Assembly (NCBI RefSeq): GCF_009914755.1
Contig: NC_060935.1
Origin: the human T2T-CHM13v2.0 reference genome, Homo sapiens
DNA: 64,000 nucleotides
Direction: 5' to 3' (one strand)
Below the pieces are notes generated by a model that made no database searches, was not told the DNA's origin, and saw only the letters and a list, made by a program, of their open reading frames with translations. Of this stretch, positions 1 to 48,947 are shown one piece after another. Made by a program: the position numbers and the translations under genes. The first letter of the stretch is position 1, and every line of letters starts with the position of its first letter.

Positions 1-93
1 AAGAAAGAAAGAAAGAAAGAAAAGAAAGAAAGAAAGAAAAAGAAAGAAAGAAAGAAAGAAAAAGAAAGAAAGAAAGAAAAAGAAAGAAAAGAA
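1..93 (+). repeat. (AAAG)n microsatellite
   Basis: Direct tandem aaag/aaaag units running off the window start. Confidence 0.95.
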
Positions 94-225
94 GCCAAGT
101 TGGGAGGATGGCTTGAGCCTGGGAGATTGAGGCTGCAGTGAGCCATGACTGCACCACTGCACTCTAGCCTGGGTGACAGAGGGAGACCCTGTCTCAACAA
201 CAACAACAACAACAACAACAAAAAA
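94..225 (+). mobile_element. Alu right monomer (AluJ-like) with (CAA)n tail
   Basis: gggaggatggcttgagcctggg...gcactctagcctgggtgacaga...gtctc followed by caacaacaa repeats. Confidence 0.85.
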
Positions 226-226
226 G

Positions 227-430
227 CATGGGTTTTGGAATTAGGCTGCCAGGACTCAAAACTCATCTCAGTTAAGGAACATGGGACCAGTTAGTTCACG
301 TCTCTGTGTCTGTTTCCTCATTTGTAAAGTGGAAATGATAATATTATCTCCTGGCTCATAGAGTTTTTGAGAATTGATTCACATGAAGTGCTCAGAACTC
401 TGCCATCACTTAATATACGCTGGTTATTAT
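227..430 (+). mobile_element. MIR SINE fragment
   Basis: MIR core tctctgtgtctgtttcctcatttgtaaagtgg...gataata. Confidence 0.7.
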
Positions 431-687
431 TGGGATGACTCCCAATATCATTACCATCAGCATCGTCATCGATTTTGTCATCATTATGATCATTAGGACC
501 AATTGTAGGCCTTTAGCTTAAATGACCAGCTAGAAATACATAAAAATAGGAAACGATTTAAAGCAAACCCCAGGACTCTTAGAGAAGAAAAAGGAGACCA
601 AGAAGTGTTCACAAGCCTGACTAACGTGGCTAAGTAATAGACTGCATCAGGAAGAGTAGTGTTGAATGAAACCGCGTGGCAACTTAG

Positions 688-1099
<412 letters not shown>

Positions 1100-1339
1100 T
1101 GAGTCTTTTTCCTCTTCTTAAATTTGTTTTCAAAAATGGATACATAAAATATATTATGTATATATATATATATATAGGCATACTTATTGTAATGAATTAA
1201 AACATTAAGCCAAAGCAAAGGTCCCCCGAGCAAACGCAGCTTTATTTCCTGCCCCGGATTGCTTTTTCTACGTTTAAACATATATGTATCACACATCAAA
1301 TACCTAACTTGAAGGATGTGATCAAAACACAGTTTTATT

Positions 1340-1626
<287 letters not shown>

Positions 1627-1777
1627 TATATATATTAAGCTATAATATATATAAAAATATATAAGATAATAAAAGTATATATGTAGCTATATATGTCTAT
1701 ATATATAAATATACATGTGTGTATATATATAGCTTTCTTACTGTCTTCCACCACGTCTTTAAAATTTATTCAGGTGG

Positions 1778-2059
1778 TGTCTTAGTCCATTTATGCTACT
1801 ACAACAAAATACCTTAGAATGGGTAATCTATAAACAACAGAAACCTATTGCCTCAGTTCTGGAAACTGGGAAGTCCAAGATCAAGGCACCAGCAGGATCT
1901 TGCTCTCTCAAGCCTCTTGTATAAGGGCACTAATCTCATTGGTGGGAGCAGAGCCTTCAGGACATAATCATCTCTCAAAGGCCCCACCTTTTAATAGTAT
2001 CTTGCGGGGTAGGTTTCAATACATGAATCTGGGAAGACCCACTCATTCAGACCATAGCA
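1778..2059 (-). mobile_element. MaLR solo LTR (MLT1A/MST group)
   Basis: tgtcttagtccatt start, ctgggaagtccaagatcaagg core, cattcagaccatagca end. Confidence 0.8.
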
Positions 2060-2763
2060 GGCAGGGTCATCTCATTCCAGCCCTAGAGAGAAATTCTGGC
2101 AGACCCAGGCCTTTTCTGCTTCAGAAATTAAAACGTCCATTCCAACATGTGAATCCAAACTTAATTTCCAATCAGATCTTCTTCTATTCTCCAGCTGAGG
2201 CCGCTCCCTATCTTGCCTTTCTTCTCTGTATCCTCCACTCAGTTTGGTGGGCAGCTTCTGACCCCTCCTGCGCAAATGCATTGAGAGGGGAACATGAGAA
2301 GAAAGGAAGAGGAGAACCTCGGAAAGGTCTGGACAGTGCAATACCACAGGCTCTCTCTGGTCTGATAGAGACCAGGTCTGTCCTGTGGGCCACTCCAAGG
2401 GGCCTTTAGAGGCCACTCCCAACGGTGACTCCCGTGAGGTGTTGATGTGCTGCTCGCAGTCACCACTCTCTGCGCCATTGACTCTCGCCATGGGGGCTTT
2501 CTTACTCTCAGGCAGAAGGACTCAAAATGAATCCAGAATCTCTTTCTCTTTTATATGGCTCATCTCTGCTATAAGGGAATCACTCCCATCCCCTCGCTCC
2601 AGCAAAATCTGGGAACACGGTAGATCCCAACATGGCCACCTCCACTCTGCAGTCACGGGTAACCTGAGCTTATCAGGCGTGTCCAGTCCTTTGTGTTTCT
2701 CAACCACCTGGGACCATATTTCAGGCTCCTCAAAATGGCCCCACGCTTGAGGGAAGGGGGTAG

Positions 2764-3185
<422 letters not shown>

Positions 3186-3224
3186 TGCAATTTTTTTTAA
3201 CATTGAATTTTACACTTGATTTCT

Positions 3225-3341
3225 TATTTTCAGACAGGGGTCGTGCTGTGTTGCCCAGGCTGGACTTGAACTCCTGGGCCCAAGTGGTTCTCCCCGCTTA
3301 GCTTCCCAAATAGCTGGGACTGTTGGCTATCACGCTCAGCT
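3225..3341 (-). mobile_element. Free Alu monomer (FLAM-like)
   Basis: Single monomer gacaggggtc...gaactcctgggcccaagt. Confidence 0.7.
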
Positions 3342-3596
3342 CTAATCCTTTTTAGGATGTGAGATTTATCCTCAATCTAACTGAGAAGTACAAGAGCCGG
3401 GGAGTTCTTTTGTAATCATTTCCCGTGTATGTTCTGTACAAGTGGATGTGGCTTTGAAATTTACAGTCTATTATAGTTTGATATTTCAATCCTGAAATGT
3501 TAACATCCTTTAACATCCTTTTACACATACACACATAACTTTGTTTTGTATGCTTTGTATGTTTTACATAATGGGATCATCTTATACCTGCCTTTT

Positions 3597-3917
3597 AACT
3601 TTTCTTTTTCTTTTTCTTTTTCTTTTAATTTTTTTGAGATAGAGTTTTGCTCTGTGGCCCAGGCTGGATTGCAGTGGCATGATCTGGGCTCACTGCAACC
3701 TCTGCCTCCTATGTGCATATAATTCTTCTGCCTCAGCCTCTCATGCAGCTGGGACTACAGGTGCATGCCACCACGCCTGGCTAATTTTTGTATTTTTAGT
3801 AGAGACAGGGTTTCACCATGTTGACCAGGCTGATCTTGAACTCCTGACCTCAAGTGATCCACCCAACTCAGCCTTCCAAAGTGCTGAGATTACAGGCGTT
3901 AGCCACCGCACACGGCT
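3597..3917 (-). mobile_element. Alu (AluS-like)
   Basis: Reverse dimeric Alu consensus. Confidence 0.92.
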
Positions 3918-4862
3918 ATATATATATATAATATTATTATATAAATATAATTATCTTAATATATAAATATATATTATTATCTTAATATATATAATATATA
4001 TTATTATCTTAATATATATAATATATTATTATCTTAATATATATAATATATTATTATCTTAATATATATTATTATCTTAATATATAATTATATAATAATA
4101 TACAATATATAATATATATTATATATATAATTGTATATATAATATATATTATATATAATTGTATATATAATATATATTATATATAATTGTATATATAATA
4201 TATATTATATATATAATTGTATATATAATATATATTATATATATAATTGTATATATAATATATATTATATATATAATTGTATATATAATATATATTATAT
4301 ATATAATTGTATATATAATATATATTATATATATAATTGTATATATAATATAATATATAATATATTATAATATTAATATCATAATATTATATATGATATA
4401 TAAATATAATAATATATTAATATATATTAAGATAATAATATTAATATATTAATTATATAATTAATATATTATATATAATATAAGATAATTATAATATATA
4501 ATTGATAATATTGATATATTAATTAATATTATTATCTCAATATATAGATATATTATAATTATATTATATAATTAATGTATTAATTAATATTATTATCTTA
4601 ATATATATTAATATAATATTATTATATTTATATTATATATTATATATTTATATATTAATATAATATTATTATATTTATATTATATATTATATATTTATAT
4701 ATTAATATATAATGTTATATATTATATAATATATAATATTATATATTAATATATAATATTATATATTATATAATATATAAAATATTATATATTAATATAT
4801 AATGTTATATATTATATAATATATAAAATATTATATATTATATCATATTATATATATAATTT
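3918..4862. repeat. AT-rich minisatellite / low-complexity tract with palindromic arms
   Basis: About 940 bp almost entirely A/T; tandem 28-30-mers atatataatatatattatatatataattgt (about 4105-4350) and tattatcttaatatatataa units in both orientations. Confidence 0.95.
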
Positions 4863-5563
4863 CATTTAAACTTGTATCTTAGAAATTCTTATCAGTAAGC
4901 GTACGTGATTTCATTTATTTATTATTCTTTTGGATACTGGACATAATCAGGTGGCCCCAATTCTTTACACTGGCAGCAAAGATAAGCAAATTCTTCCAGC
5001 AGGCCAAATTTGACCCCGCACTTGATGAGCGTGGTGGACACAGAGGGTTTTTTAATAGCATAGGAATGTTTTTTGCTTCCCACCGGACCCACTAGCCTCT
5101 AGTGCCACCGATTAATATTACCTTCCTTGAATCAGGAGGAAACCATTTGTGACTTCTCATATGTAAGATCTTCTAAGGGCAGAAACGCAATTGTCTTTGT
5201 ATTCACTTCCCCGCCCACCCACACCCCTTCCATGGAGAGCCTGCAGCCAAGCTCAAGCTTTCAAAAAGGCGTGAGCTAATTCAATCATCCTTGCCGCTTT
5301 TTTGCTCCTCCAGGCTGTAGAGGGCGACAAAAACCGCGGAGGCGCATTGGGGTGGGGGGGTGTCTACTGAAGGCCGCTCCCGACGTGCGCGTCTTTACGT
5401 AGACGTCGGGGGCGCAGCCGCGCTGTGCGCGGTGACTGGCGGCTGCACTGGCGGCAGCTGGAGGTGTAATAGTGCGGGTAGTGGGTTTGGAGAAGTTCCG
5501 AGGCGGCGGTGGCGCCGGTCAGGACAAGGATAGCGGAACCGGGCCCTGGGCTTGTCGCTCACC

Positions 5564-35941
<30,378 letters not shown>

Positions 35942-36625
35942 ATAAGACATCAGCATTCTTCAGCATTGTCATGAGCTTAATATACTTAAATTCTACTACT
36001 CATTGGATTGCCGGGGATGTCCCTTTAAACAGACTGCTGCCTTCAGCTAAAAACTTAATGTTCTTTATACCTTTGTATGTATGACCTACTTTTGTAACAG
36101 ACCATGGTTGTGTCCAAGGTAAAACCACAGTGATATTTTTGGATGCTTTGTCTGCAATCTTGACTTGTTTTTGCAGTATCATTATTCAGACTTCAAATTG
36201 TGAATCTTTTAAACATCTTGATAATTTGTTGTTGAGAGCTGTTCATTCTAAAATGTAATGAAATTCAGTCTAGTTCTGCTGATAAAGATCATCAGTTTTG
36301 AAAGGTTACTGATTTTCCTCTTCCCTCTTAGTTTTTTACCCAATATATGGAGAAGAGTAATGGTCAATCTTAACATTTTGTTTTAATTGTTTAATAAAGC
36401 TGCTGGGCAGTGGTGCAGCATTCCTACCTAGTGTCATAAAAGCAAAATACTTACATAGCTTTCTTAAAATATAGGAATGACATTACATTTTTAGGAGAAA
36501 GTAAGTTGCTTTGCACCGCCTACTTAATTCTTTTCCATATATTGTGATACAAACTTTTGAATATGGAATCTTACTATTTGAATAGAAATGTGTATGTATA
36601 ATATACATACATACATAAGCATATA

Positions 36626-36656
<31 letters not shown>

Positions 36657-37960
36657 GCATGCTGTGAAACTTGACTACACAACATAAATCACTTTTTAAA
36701 TTCCAGGAACGGGTAGTCTGACACGGTGATTATCCTTTTGAGGCTGAATCCGTTATTAACTTGTTATTTAGGTTTTTACTCCCAGTAGCAAGGGATTCTA
36801 AGTTAGTTGCACTTACATGATTATTGTTATTTAAAACTAAGAATAAAGGCTGCATTTTCAAAGATAAATTGGAATTGCTGTTGGTGAAATAACAACCAAA
36901 ATACTGAATCTGATGTACATACAGGTTTCTACAGGAAGAGATGGTATAATTTACAATTTGGAGATTTAATAACCAGGGCTACCCAGAAAAAGTGACTTGA
37001 TAACATGGTACCAATAAGTAAGGGATGCTCTCTCGGTTTGCTTTTGCCACTTTCAAGATTTTAACTTCTCAGGTTATTAATCAAAATTATTGTATAAGTT
37101 AGCCAATAGAATTTTTAGGTTAAAACAACAGATGGGGGGTTTGTGGAGTGTTTAATGTCATGGGCATTTTTAGTAGCATAGACCCTTTGTTCTGCATTTG
37201 AATGTTTCGTATATTTTTGTTTCACAGTTAATCTTCCCTCCCCAAGTTTGCTATTCAAATCAACTGCCTGAATGACATTTCTAGTAGTCTGATGTATTTT
37301 TCTGAGGAATAGTTTGTGATTCCAATGCAGGTGTCTTCATTACCATTACCTCTACACTGCAGAAGAAGCAAAACTCCTTTATTAGAATTACTGCACATGT
37401 GTATGGGGAAAATAGTTCTGAAAGGCTAGAATGATACAAGTGAGCAAAAGTTGGTCAGCTTGGCTATGGAGTGGTGGCAATAATCTCTAAACATTCCAAA
37501 AGACCATGAGCTGAACCTAAACTCCCTTGGAATCTGAACAAAGGAATATAAAATTGCCATTTGAAAACTGACCAGCTAATCTGGACCTCAGAGATAGATC
37601 AGCCAGTGGCCCAAAGCCATTTCAAGTACAGAAATTATAGAGACTACAGCTAAATAAATTTGAACATTAAATATAATTTTACCACTTTTTGTCTTTATAA
37701 GCATATTTGTAAACTCAGAACTGAGCAGAAGTGACTTTACTTTCTCAAGTTTGATACTGAGTTGACTGTTCCCTTATCCCTCACCCTTCCCCTTCCCTTT
37801 CCTAAGGCAATAGTGCACAACTTAGGTTATTTTTGCTTCCGAATTTGAATGAAAAACTTAATGCCATGGATTTTTTTCTTTTGCAAGACACCTGTTTATC
37901 ATCTTGTTTAAATGTAAATGTCCCCTTATGCTTTTGAAATAAATTTCCTTTTGTAATTTT
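35942..37960 (+). other. API5: API5 3' UTR
   Basis: About 2 kb AT-rich, TE-free sequence after the stop; AATAAA at 36393, 36842, 37653 and 37938; (CATA)/(TG)/(TA) microsatellite about 36590-36660. Confidence 0.8.
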
Positions 37961-37985
37961 GTTTTGTGTCTTGATGTGTTATAAT
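37938..37985 (+). terminator. API5: Distal polyadenylation signal of API5
   Basis: AATAAA 37938-37943, upstream UGUA (tgtaaatg), downstream U/GU-rich element ttttgttttgtgtcttgatgtgtt. Confidence 0.8.
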
Positions 37986-38103
37986 TATGGTAACTTCAGA
38001 TTCTTGGATAGTTATTAACATTTATTGATTGCTTCTACTGTGCCAATAGGCTGAAAATATAAAGATGGACAAGAACTGCTCTCTGCCTTCAAGGAGTTCA
38101 GTC

Positions 38104-38407
38104 TTTTTTTTTTTTTTTTTTTTTTTGAGACGGAGTCTCGCCCTGTCTCCCAGGCTGGAGTGCAGTGGTACAATCTCGGCTCACTGCAAGCTCCGCCTCC
38201 CAGGTTCATGCCATTCTCCTGCCTCAGTCTCCTGAGTAGCTGGGACTACAGGCGCCCGCCACCACGCCCAGCTAATTTTTTGTATTTTTAGTAGAGACAG
38301 GATTTCACCGTGTTAGCCAGGATGGTCTCAATCTCCTGACCACGTGATCCACCCGCCTTGGCCTCCCAAAGTGCTGGGATTATAGGCGTGAGCCACCGCC
38401 CCCGGCC
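38104..38407 (-). mobile_element. AluY
   Basis: caagctccgcctcccaggttcatgcc; TSD aggagttcagt. Confidence 0.93.
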
Positions 38408-38751
38408 CATGAGGAGTTCAGTGTTGATATAATTTTGTAAATCATCTTTAATTTTGATCCTTGAAAGTTTTTATTTGAATTTATTTTTAGGAGCTAATCT
38501 GAAAAAAAGGATTTGGTTTTTTTTTATTAAAGCAAAACATCAGATAATTGCCAAATCATCATTAAGTAAATCATTTCTATCTTCAGATAATGTGCAAAGC
38601 AAGTTGGAACTTAGTAATTTAACTGCCAGCCTTTATGAAAATATTCCTGAAGTAGCACTAAGGTTGGTTGTGAGTGTTTGAAAGCTGGGGTTTAAGTGGA
38701 TCAGGATAAGATAACTAAATTCCCTTGGTGATCACATCTAGGCCTATAGCG

Positions 38752-39060
<309 letters not shown>

Positions 39061-39743
39061 TTCCAGGCCTATGGCTTTAAATACTATCTATATGCTAAGG
39101 AATGCCAAATTTATTTCCCCATTATTTCTTGCCTAGAGTTTCGTAATAACCTCCTAATTGATCTCCCTGCCGTTACACCTAACTCTACAATCTGCTTGAA
39201 ACCCAGCAGCAAAGAGACATCTACTTTTCTGCCAGAAATTGTTCACTGGCTCCCCGTTTCAGAATAGTAACCAAAAACATTACCATGGCTTTTAATTGTG
39301 ACCTCAGCTGCTATTCTTCCCCTCCCCTTGATCACTCTGCTGCAGCCAGTTAGCCTCATGCAGGCCAAAGACATCCTCCTGCCTTACAGCCCTTGCGTTA
39401 GCTAGCTACCCCCTCTTGTCAGTATTCCTTTTTTTTTTTATTTATTTATTTTATTTATTTTTTTTTGATATTTAAAGAGGTCTTTTATTTAAATCATCTT
39501 GTATCATGTCTGACACATTATTGGTTTTTTTTTTGTTTTTTTTTTATACTTTAAGTTTTAGGGTACATGTGCACATTGTGCAGGTTACATATGTATACAT
39601 GTGCCATGCTGGTGCGCTGCACCCACTAACTCGTCATCTAGCCTTAGGTATATCTCCCAATGCTATCCTTCCCCCCTCCCCCCACCCCACCACAGTCCCC
39701 AGAGTGTGGTATTCCCCTTCATGTGTCCAGGTGATCTCATTGT

Positions 39744-43586
<3,843 letters not shown>

Positions 43587-43622
43587 TTAGTTGATGCAGT
43601 TTCTTCCTAGTCTCGATGGTCT

Positions 43623-44639
43623 TTACATTTTGGCATGATTTTGCAGCGGCTGGTACCGGTTGTTCCTTTCCATGTTTAGCGCTTCCTTCAGGAGCTCTTT
43701 TAGGGCAGGCTTGGTGGTGACAAAATCTCTCAGCATTTGCTTGTCTGTAAAGTATTTTATTTCTCCTTCACTTATGAAGCTTAGTTTGGCTGGATATGAA
43801 ATTCTGGGTTGAAAATTCTTTTCTTTAAGAATGTTGAATATTGGCCCCCACTCTCTTCTGGCTTGTAGGGTTTCTGCCGAGAGATCTGCTGTTAGTCTGA
43901 TGGGCTTCCCTTTGAGGGTAACCCGACCTTTCTCTCTGACTGCCCTTAACATGTTTTCCTTCATTTCAACTTTGGTGAATCTGACAATTATGTGTCTTGG
44001 AGTTGCTCTTCTCGAGGAGTATCTTTATGGCGTTCTCTGTATTTCCGGAATCTGAACCTTGGCCTGCCTTGCTAGATTGGGGAAGTTCTCCTGGATAATA
44101 TCCTGCAGAGTGTTTTCCAACTTGGTTCCATTCTCCGCATCACTTTCAGGTACACCAATCAGACATAGATTTGGTCTTTTCACATAGTCCCATATTTCTT
44201 GGAGGGTTTGCTCATTTCTTTTTATTCTTTTTTCTCTAAAATTCCCTTCTCGCTTCATTTCATTCATTTCATCTTCCATTGCTGATACCCTTTCTTCCAG
44301 TTGATCGCATCATCTCCTGAGGCTTCTGCATTCTTCATGTAGTTCTCGAGCCTTGGTTTTCAGCTCCATCAGCTCCTTTAAGCACTTCTCTGTATTCGTT
44401 ATTCTAGTTATACATTCTTCTAAATTTTTTTCAAAGTTTTCAACTTCTTTGCCTTTGGTTTGAATGTCCTCCCGTAGCTCAGAGTAATTTGATCGTCTGA
44501 AGCCTTCTTCTCTCAGCTCGTCAAAATCATTCTCCATCCAGCTTTTTTCCGTTGCTGGTGAGGAACTGCCTTCCTTTGGAGGAGGAGAGGCGCTCTGCGT
44601 TTTAGAGTTTCCAGTTTTTCTGTTCTGTTTTTTCCCCAT
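43623..44639 (-). pseudogene. L1 ORF1p (338 codons) with nonsense codons R110* and Q205*
   Basis: Three collinear same-frame ORF pieces MGKKQNRK..., MEDEMNEMK..., MKENMLRA...NHAKM. Confidence 0.95.
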
Positions 44640-45094
44640 CTTTGTGGTTTTATCTACTTTTGGTCTTTGATGATGGTGATGTACAGATGGGTTTTCGGTG
44701 TGGATGTCCTTTCTGTTTGTTAGTTTTCCTTCTAACAGACAGGACCCTCAGCTGCAGGTCTGTTGGAATACCCTGCAGTGTGAGGTGTCAGTGTGCCCCT
44801 GCTGGGGGGTGCCTCCGAGTTAGGCTGCTCGGGGGTCAGGGGTCAGGGACCCACCTGAGGAGGCAGTCTGCCCGTTCTCAGATCTCCAGCTGCGTGCTGG
44901 GAGAACCACTGCTCTCTTCAAAGCTGTCAGACAGGGACATTTAAGTCTGCAGAGGTTACTGCTGTCTTTTTGTTTGTCTGTGCCCTGCCCCCAGAGGTGG
45001 AGCCTACAGAGGCAGGCAGGCCTCCTTGAGCTGTGGTGGGCTCCACCCAGTTCGAGCTTCCCGGCTGCTTCGTTTACCTAAGCAAGCCTGGGCA

Positions 45095-45310
45095 ATGGCG
45101 GGCGCCCCTCCCCCAGCCTCGCTGCCGCCTTGCAGTTTGATCTCAGCCTGCTGTGCTAGCAATCAGCGAGACTCCGTGGGCGTAGGACCCTCCGAGCCAG
45201 GTGTGGGATATAGTCCCGTGGTGCGCCGTTTTTTAAGCCGGTCTGAAAAGCGCAATATTCGGGTGGGAGTGACCCGATTTTCCAGGTGCGTCCGTCACCC
45301 CTTTCTTTGA
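45095..45310 (+). CDS. L1 ORF0 (71 aa, antisense ORF in the L1 5' UTR)
   Basis: gcaATGg start; MAGAPPPASLPPCSLISACCASNQRDSVGVGPSEPG...RCVRHPFL*; splice donors after nt 106 (45200) and 191 (45285). Confidence 0.85.
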   Translation: MAGAPPPASLPPCSLISACCASNQRDSVGVGPSEPGVGYSPVVRRFLSRSEKRNIRVGVTRFSRCVRHPFL

Positions 45311-45523
45311 CTCGGAAAGGGAACTCCCTGACCCCTTGCGCTTCCCAGGTGAGGCAATGCCTCGCCCTGCTTCGGCTCGCGCACGGTGCGTGCACCCACT
45401 GGCCTGCGCCCACTGTCTGGCACTCCCTAGTGAGATGAACCCGGTACCTCAGATGGAAATGCAGAAATCACCCGTCTTCTGCGTCGCTCACGCTGGGAGC
45501 TGTAGACCGGAGCTGTTCCTATT

Positions 45524-45534
45524 CGGCCATCTTG
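45524..45534 (-). promoter_or_regulatory. YY1 site of the L1 sense promoter
   Basis: CAAGATGGCCG intact at the L1 5' end. Confidence 0.8.
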
Positions 45535-46819
45535 GCTCCTCCCCCATCAGTATTCCTTATATCCACACATCTAACTCCTTTTTCAAATCCTCGAAGCTAA
45601 CCTACTCAATCCTAGCTAATACTGCAATGTCCCTTTCCACCCCACCAAGACTCCAGACCCACTTACCCTACTATATGCTCTCCAGTTTTACCAACTTGTA
45701 TGTTGTTTACTCTGTCCCCTACTGCTAGAATATGTGGCTAAAGTGCCACAAAAGTAAAGATTTTTGCATGTTGTTCATTCATAATCCCAAGCATCCAGAA
45801 CAGTGTTTTGTACATAGTAAGCTTTCAACTCATAATAAGTTGAAGGCACTGTTTTAAGCCTAGGGGATATAGTGGTGAACAAAACAGGCAAACTCATGGA
45901 GTTTACATTCTCTTATGCAGATCCTGACAAACTTAAGCCTGTACCAGAGTAGTAAGTGCTATAAGGGTACTGAAGCATTCTAATATGCTTCAGCTAGTAT
46001 AGATAAAATAGTCAGAAAAAAGCCTCTGAGTGACTAATTGGAGGTGAGACCTGGATAATGATACCAAGCCAGCCTCGTGAAGACCTCAAGGAAGAGCACT
46101 GAGATCGAGGCAACAAAATGTGTAGGACACTTAGCTTTTAAGAATGTGCCAAGCTGTGTTAGAGAATGGGCTATCTCGGAGGTCTTAGATTCCTAACCTT
46201 GACCTCAGAAGTCCTAAGTTCATCCTCTACTACAATAGTGAACTGCTTTCAGTAAACTGAAAGTTAACACCATACTCTTTCTGACATTAGGAATTTTTCC
46301 TCTGGAAAATCATGGTTCCTTGATTCTGCCCATTTATCTGGCTGCTTCAGGTCTGAGTAAATTTGACCCTCCTTGGGACACCTTTCCTCTCCAGTTGGTT
46401 ACAGGACTACCTATTATGTGCTTCCTCAGTAGGTGGGTAAAAAACAGCAGGAGAGAGATCATTGTAATCAGTGTGATTGAAACTAAAGCTTAAACTAATA
46501 TGAAATTAACATACCAATAAAAACCTAAGATGACTATCTTGCTATCCTCAGCAGCCCTCTGAGTTTGAATCCTTGGTCTCATCCATGGTAGCCCTCATAC
46601 TTCACACTGCCTGATCTATTTGACAAATGATTTCTAAATGAAATTACTATATTAGGTATCCTCTGCCTCCCTTTTAAAAATCCTCTTCGCTCACCGTGCA
46701 TATTGATGTTGAAGAGTTACACATGTAAAACCCTTCTTGCTATAACCAGGCTCCTTTCCAACCTGTTCCCCTCCACCCTGCTTCCAACCAACTCAAAATT
46801 ACTCTTAAAGACTTAATTA

Positions 46820-47115
<296 letters not shown>

Positions 47116-47120
47116 TTATA

Positions 47121-47625
47121 TATAGTAGGATGCCAATAATTCCTTCCATTCCTACTCAAACATGCTGTTTCTCCTATCAAGATAAATCTGTGTCCATCCA
47201 CACTTGAATTTGGGCTAAGCTTGTTACTTTCCTTAACCAGGAGAATGCAGAATGATGCTTTACCACTTCTGGGGCCTGACCCTCTGAAAGCCTGGCAGCT
47301 TCCTTTTATTCTTTCAGCACCCTGAGCCACCCTGTAAGAAGTCTATGTAACTCCTTGTCTAAGAGAGGCCCAGCTACCCCCAGCCATTTCAACCACTCCA
47401 AGTAAAGCACCAGACATGGTGGAGCCAGTTTGGAACATTTCAGCCTCAGCTGAGCTCCTAGCTGAATGCAGCCTTAAGAGTGACCCCAGCCAACACCAGG
47501 AGTAGCAGAAGAACCACCCAGCTGAGTCCAACAAACTGAAAAATAATAAATCATGTTTTAAGGCTTAAAATTTAAACCTCTAAGACTTACATTGGTTTTA
47601 TTACAAAGCAAAAGATAACAGAATG
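47121..47625 (+). mobile_element. MLT1 (G/H-like) MaLR LTR
   Basis: gctgaatgcagcc...cagaagaaccacccagctgagtcc...gataacagaa. Confidence 0.65.
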
Positions 47626-48226
47626 TAAGCCAGAGTGTTACCCTCCTCCCTAGGGGTATTTATATCTTAAATATTTTCTCTAAGGAATAGGCAGTATGTA
47701 AATCCTTTGCAATTTTCAGGTAAGGTGGCCCAAGGGAGGACGTTAATCCAGAAAGATCATTCATTCTATCAACAGAATGAATTCTAATTCATAACTTCAA
47801 GAATTCTATGATTTATAGTAATAGTAAATAAAAGACCTATTTGCTAAAATATGTTGAAAGACTAAATTACATGCAGTTAGGGACTTGCCTATCATTCGTT
47901 GAACTAACAATTGAATCACAATTTGAGATATCAGCAATTTTGTCAACTGCCATCCTGTATTTCTATAAATTTCATCGAAGAGGAAAAGTATAATGAAAAA
48001 AGAAACATCAGATCTTAGAACAACAGAATAAAAGAACGGTGACAAGTGATCTGGATGTAGAAAATTAGTAGGAACAATTTTATTTAAGTTTTTTGTTTTA
48101 TTCACACAAAATGGGAATGCTACATTTGGGGGAGCTAAAAAACTGAGTCAACAAACTATTTTGCACAGAAGTTCCAAGGAAGATAAAAATGTTAGTATAG
48201 GAAATGCTTCCTGCCCTCAGTTGCTA

Positions 48227-48685
48227 GTGTAGGTAATTATAGAATTGCAAGATGACAGGTCCCTGGATGGCCTTGGCCATGCCAGCTCTTCCCCCTCTTG
48301 CTTGCAATTTTCAGGCAGAATGTACTGAGAATGCAACATCCTGAGATAAGGAGGAAGCTTCCAGAACAACCTGGGCTGCGTCCTCATTTTTCCTAAAACA
48401 GGATGTTCTGCAACACTTGTACTCAGCAATCTCAGTTACACCCAGGGTATAAAACCCAAAGTGTTTTTGGAGTCCCTCATCTGTGCTGCAACATGGGGTA
48501 TGTGCTGATGAGGCTCCATCTGCCCTAAGCAGCTTTCCTGAGCCATGGGATCAGCTAACCATGGATCCTCCATTTCTGTGTATCTTTGCTGCCTATTTGT
48601 AAAAAATTTGCTTTGCCTGACTTACTGTTTGAGTGTTCTGCCTCACCAGATTAGAACTAAGAACTATTGCAAGAACCACTCAAGA
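48227..48685 (+). mobile_element. ERVL-type solo LTR (family uncertain)
   Basis: gaatgtactgagaatgcaacatcctgagataaggagga, TATA-like gggtataaaaccc. Confidence 0.55.
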
Positions 48686-48947
48686 GTTTGGCTGTTCAAA
48701 GTTTATAAAATAATATCACAAAGCAGCATAGTATTGTCATATTACTGACAGAATTCAGAGGTGGCAAACAAGTTGACAGACATTTTTGCAGGCTAGGATT
48801 TCAACTGTATCTTAAATAGATTTGAGAAAGCAGCATGAGGAAAGGATTTTAGGCAGGGAACAGGAGCAAAAGTATGTCTAAATTAGTCTGTGATACTTAA
48901 AACAGTTCAGTGAAAGACTAGAAGAATGGTACTTGGCAGTCAAGATC

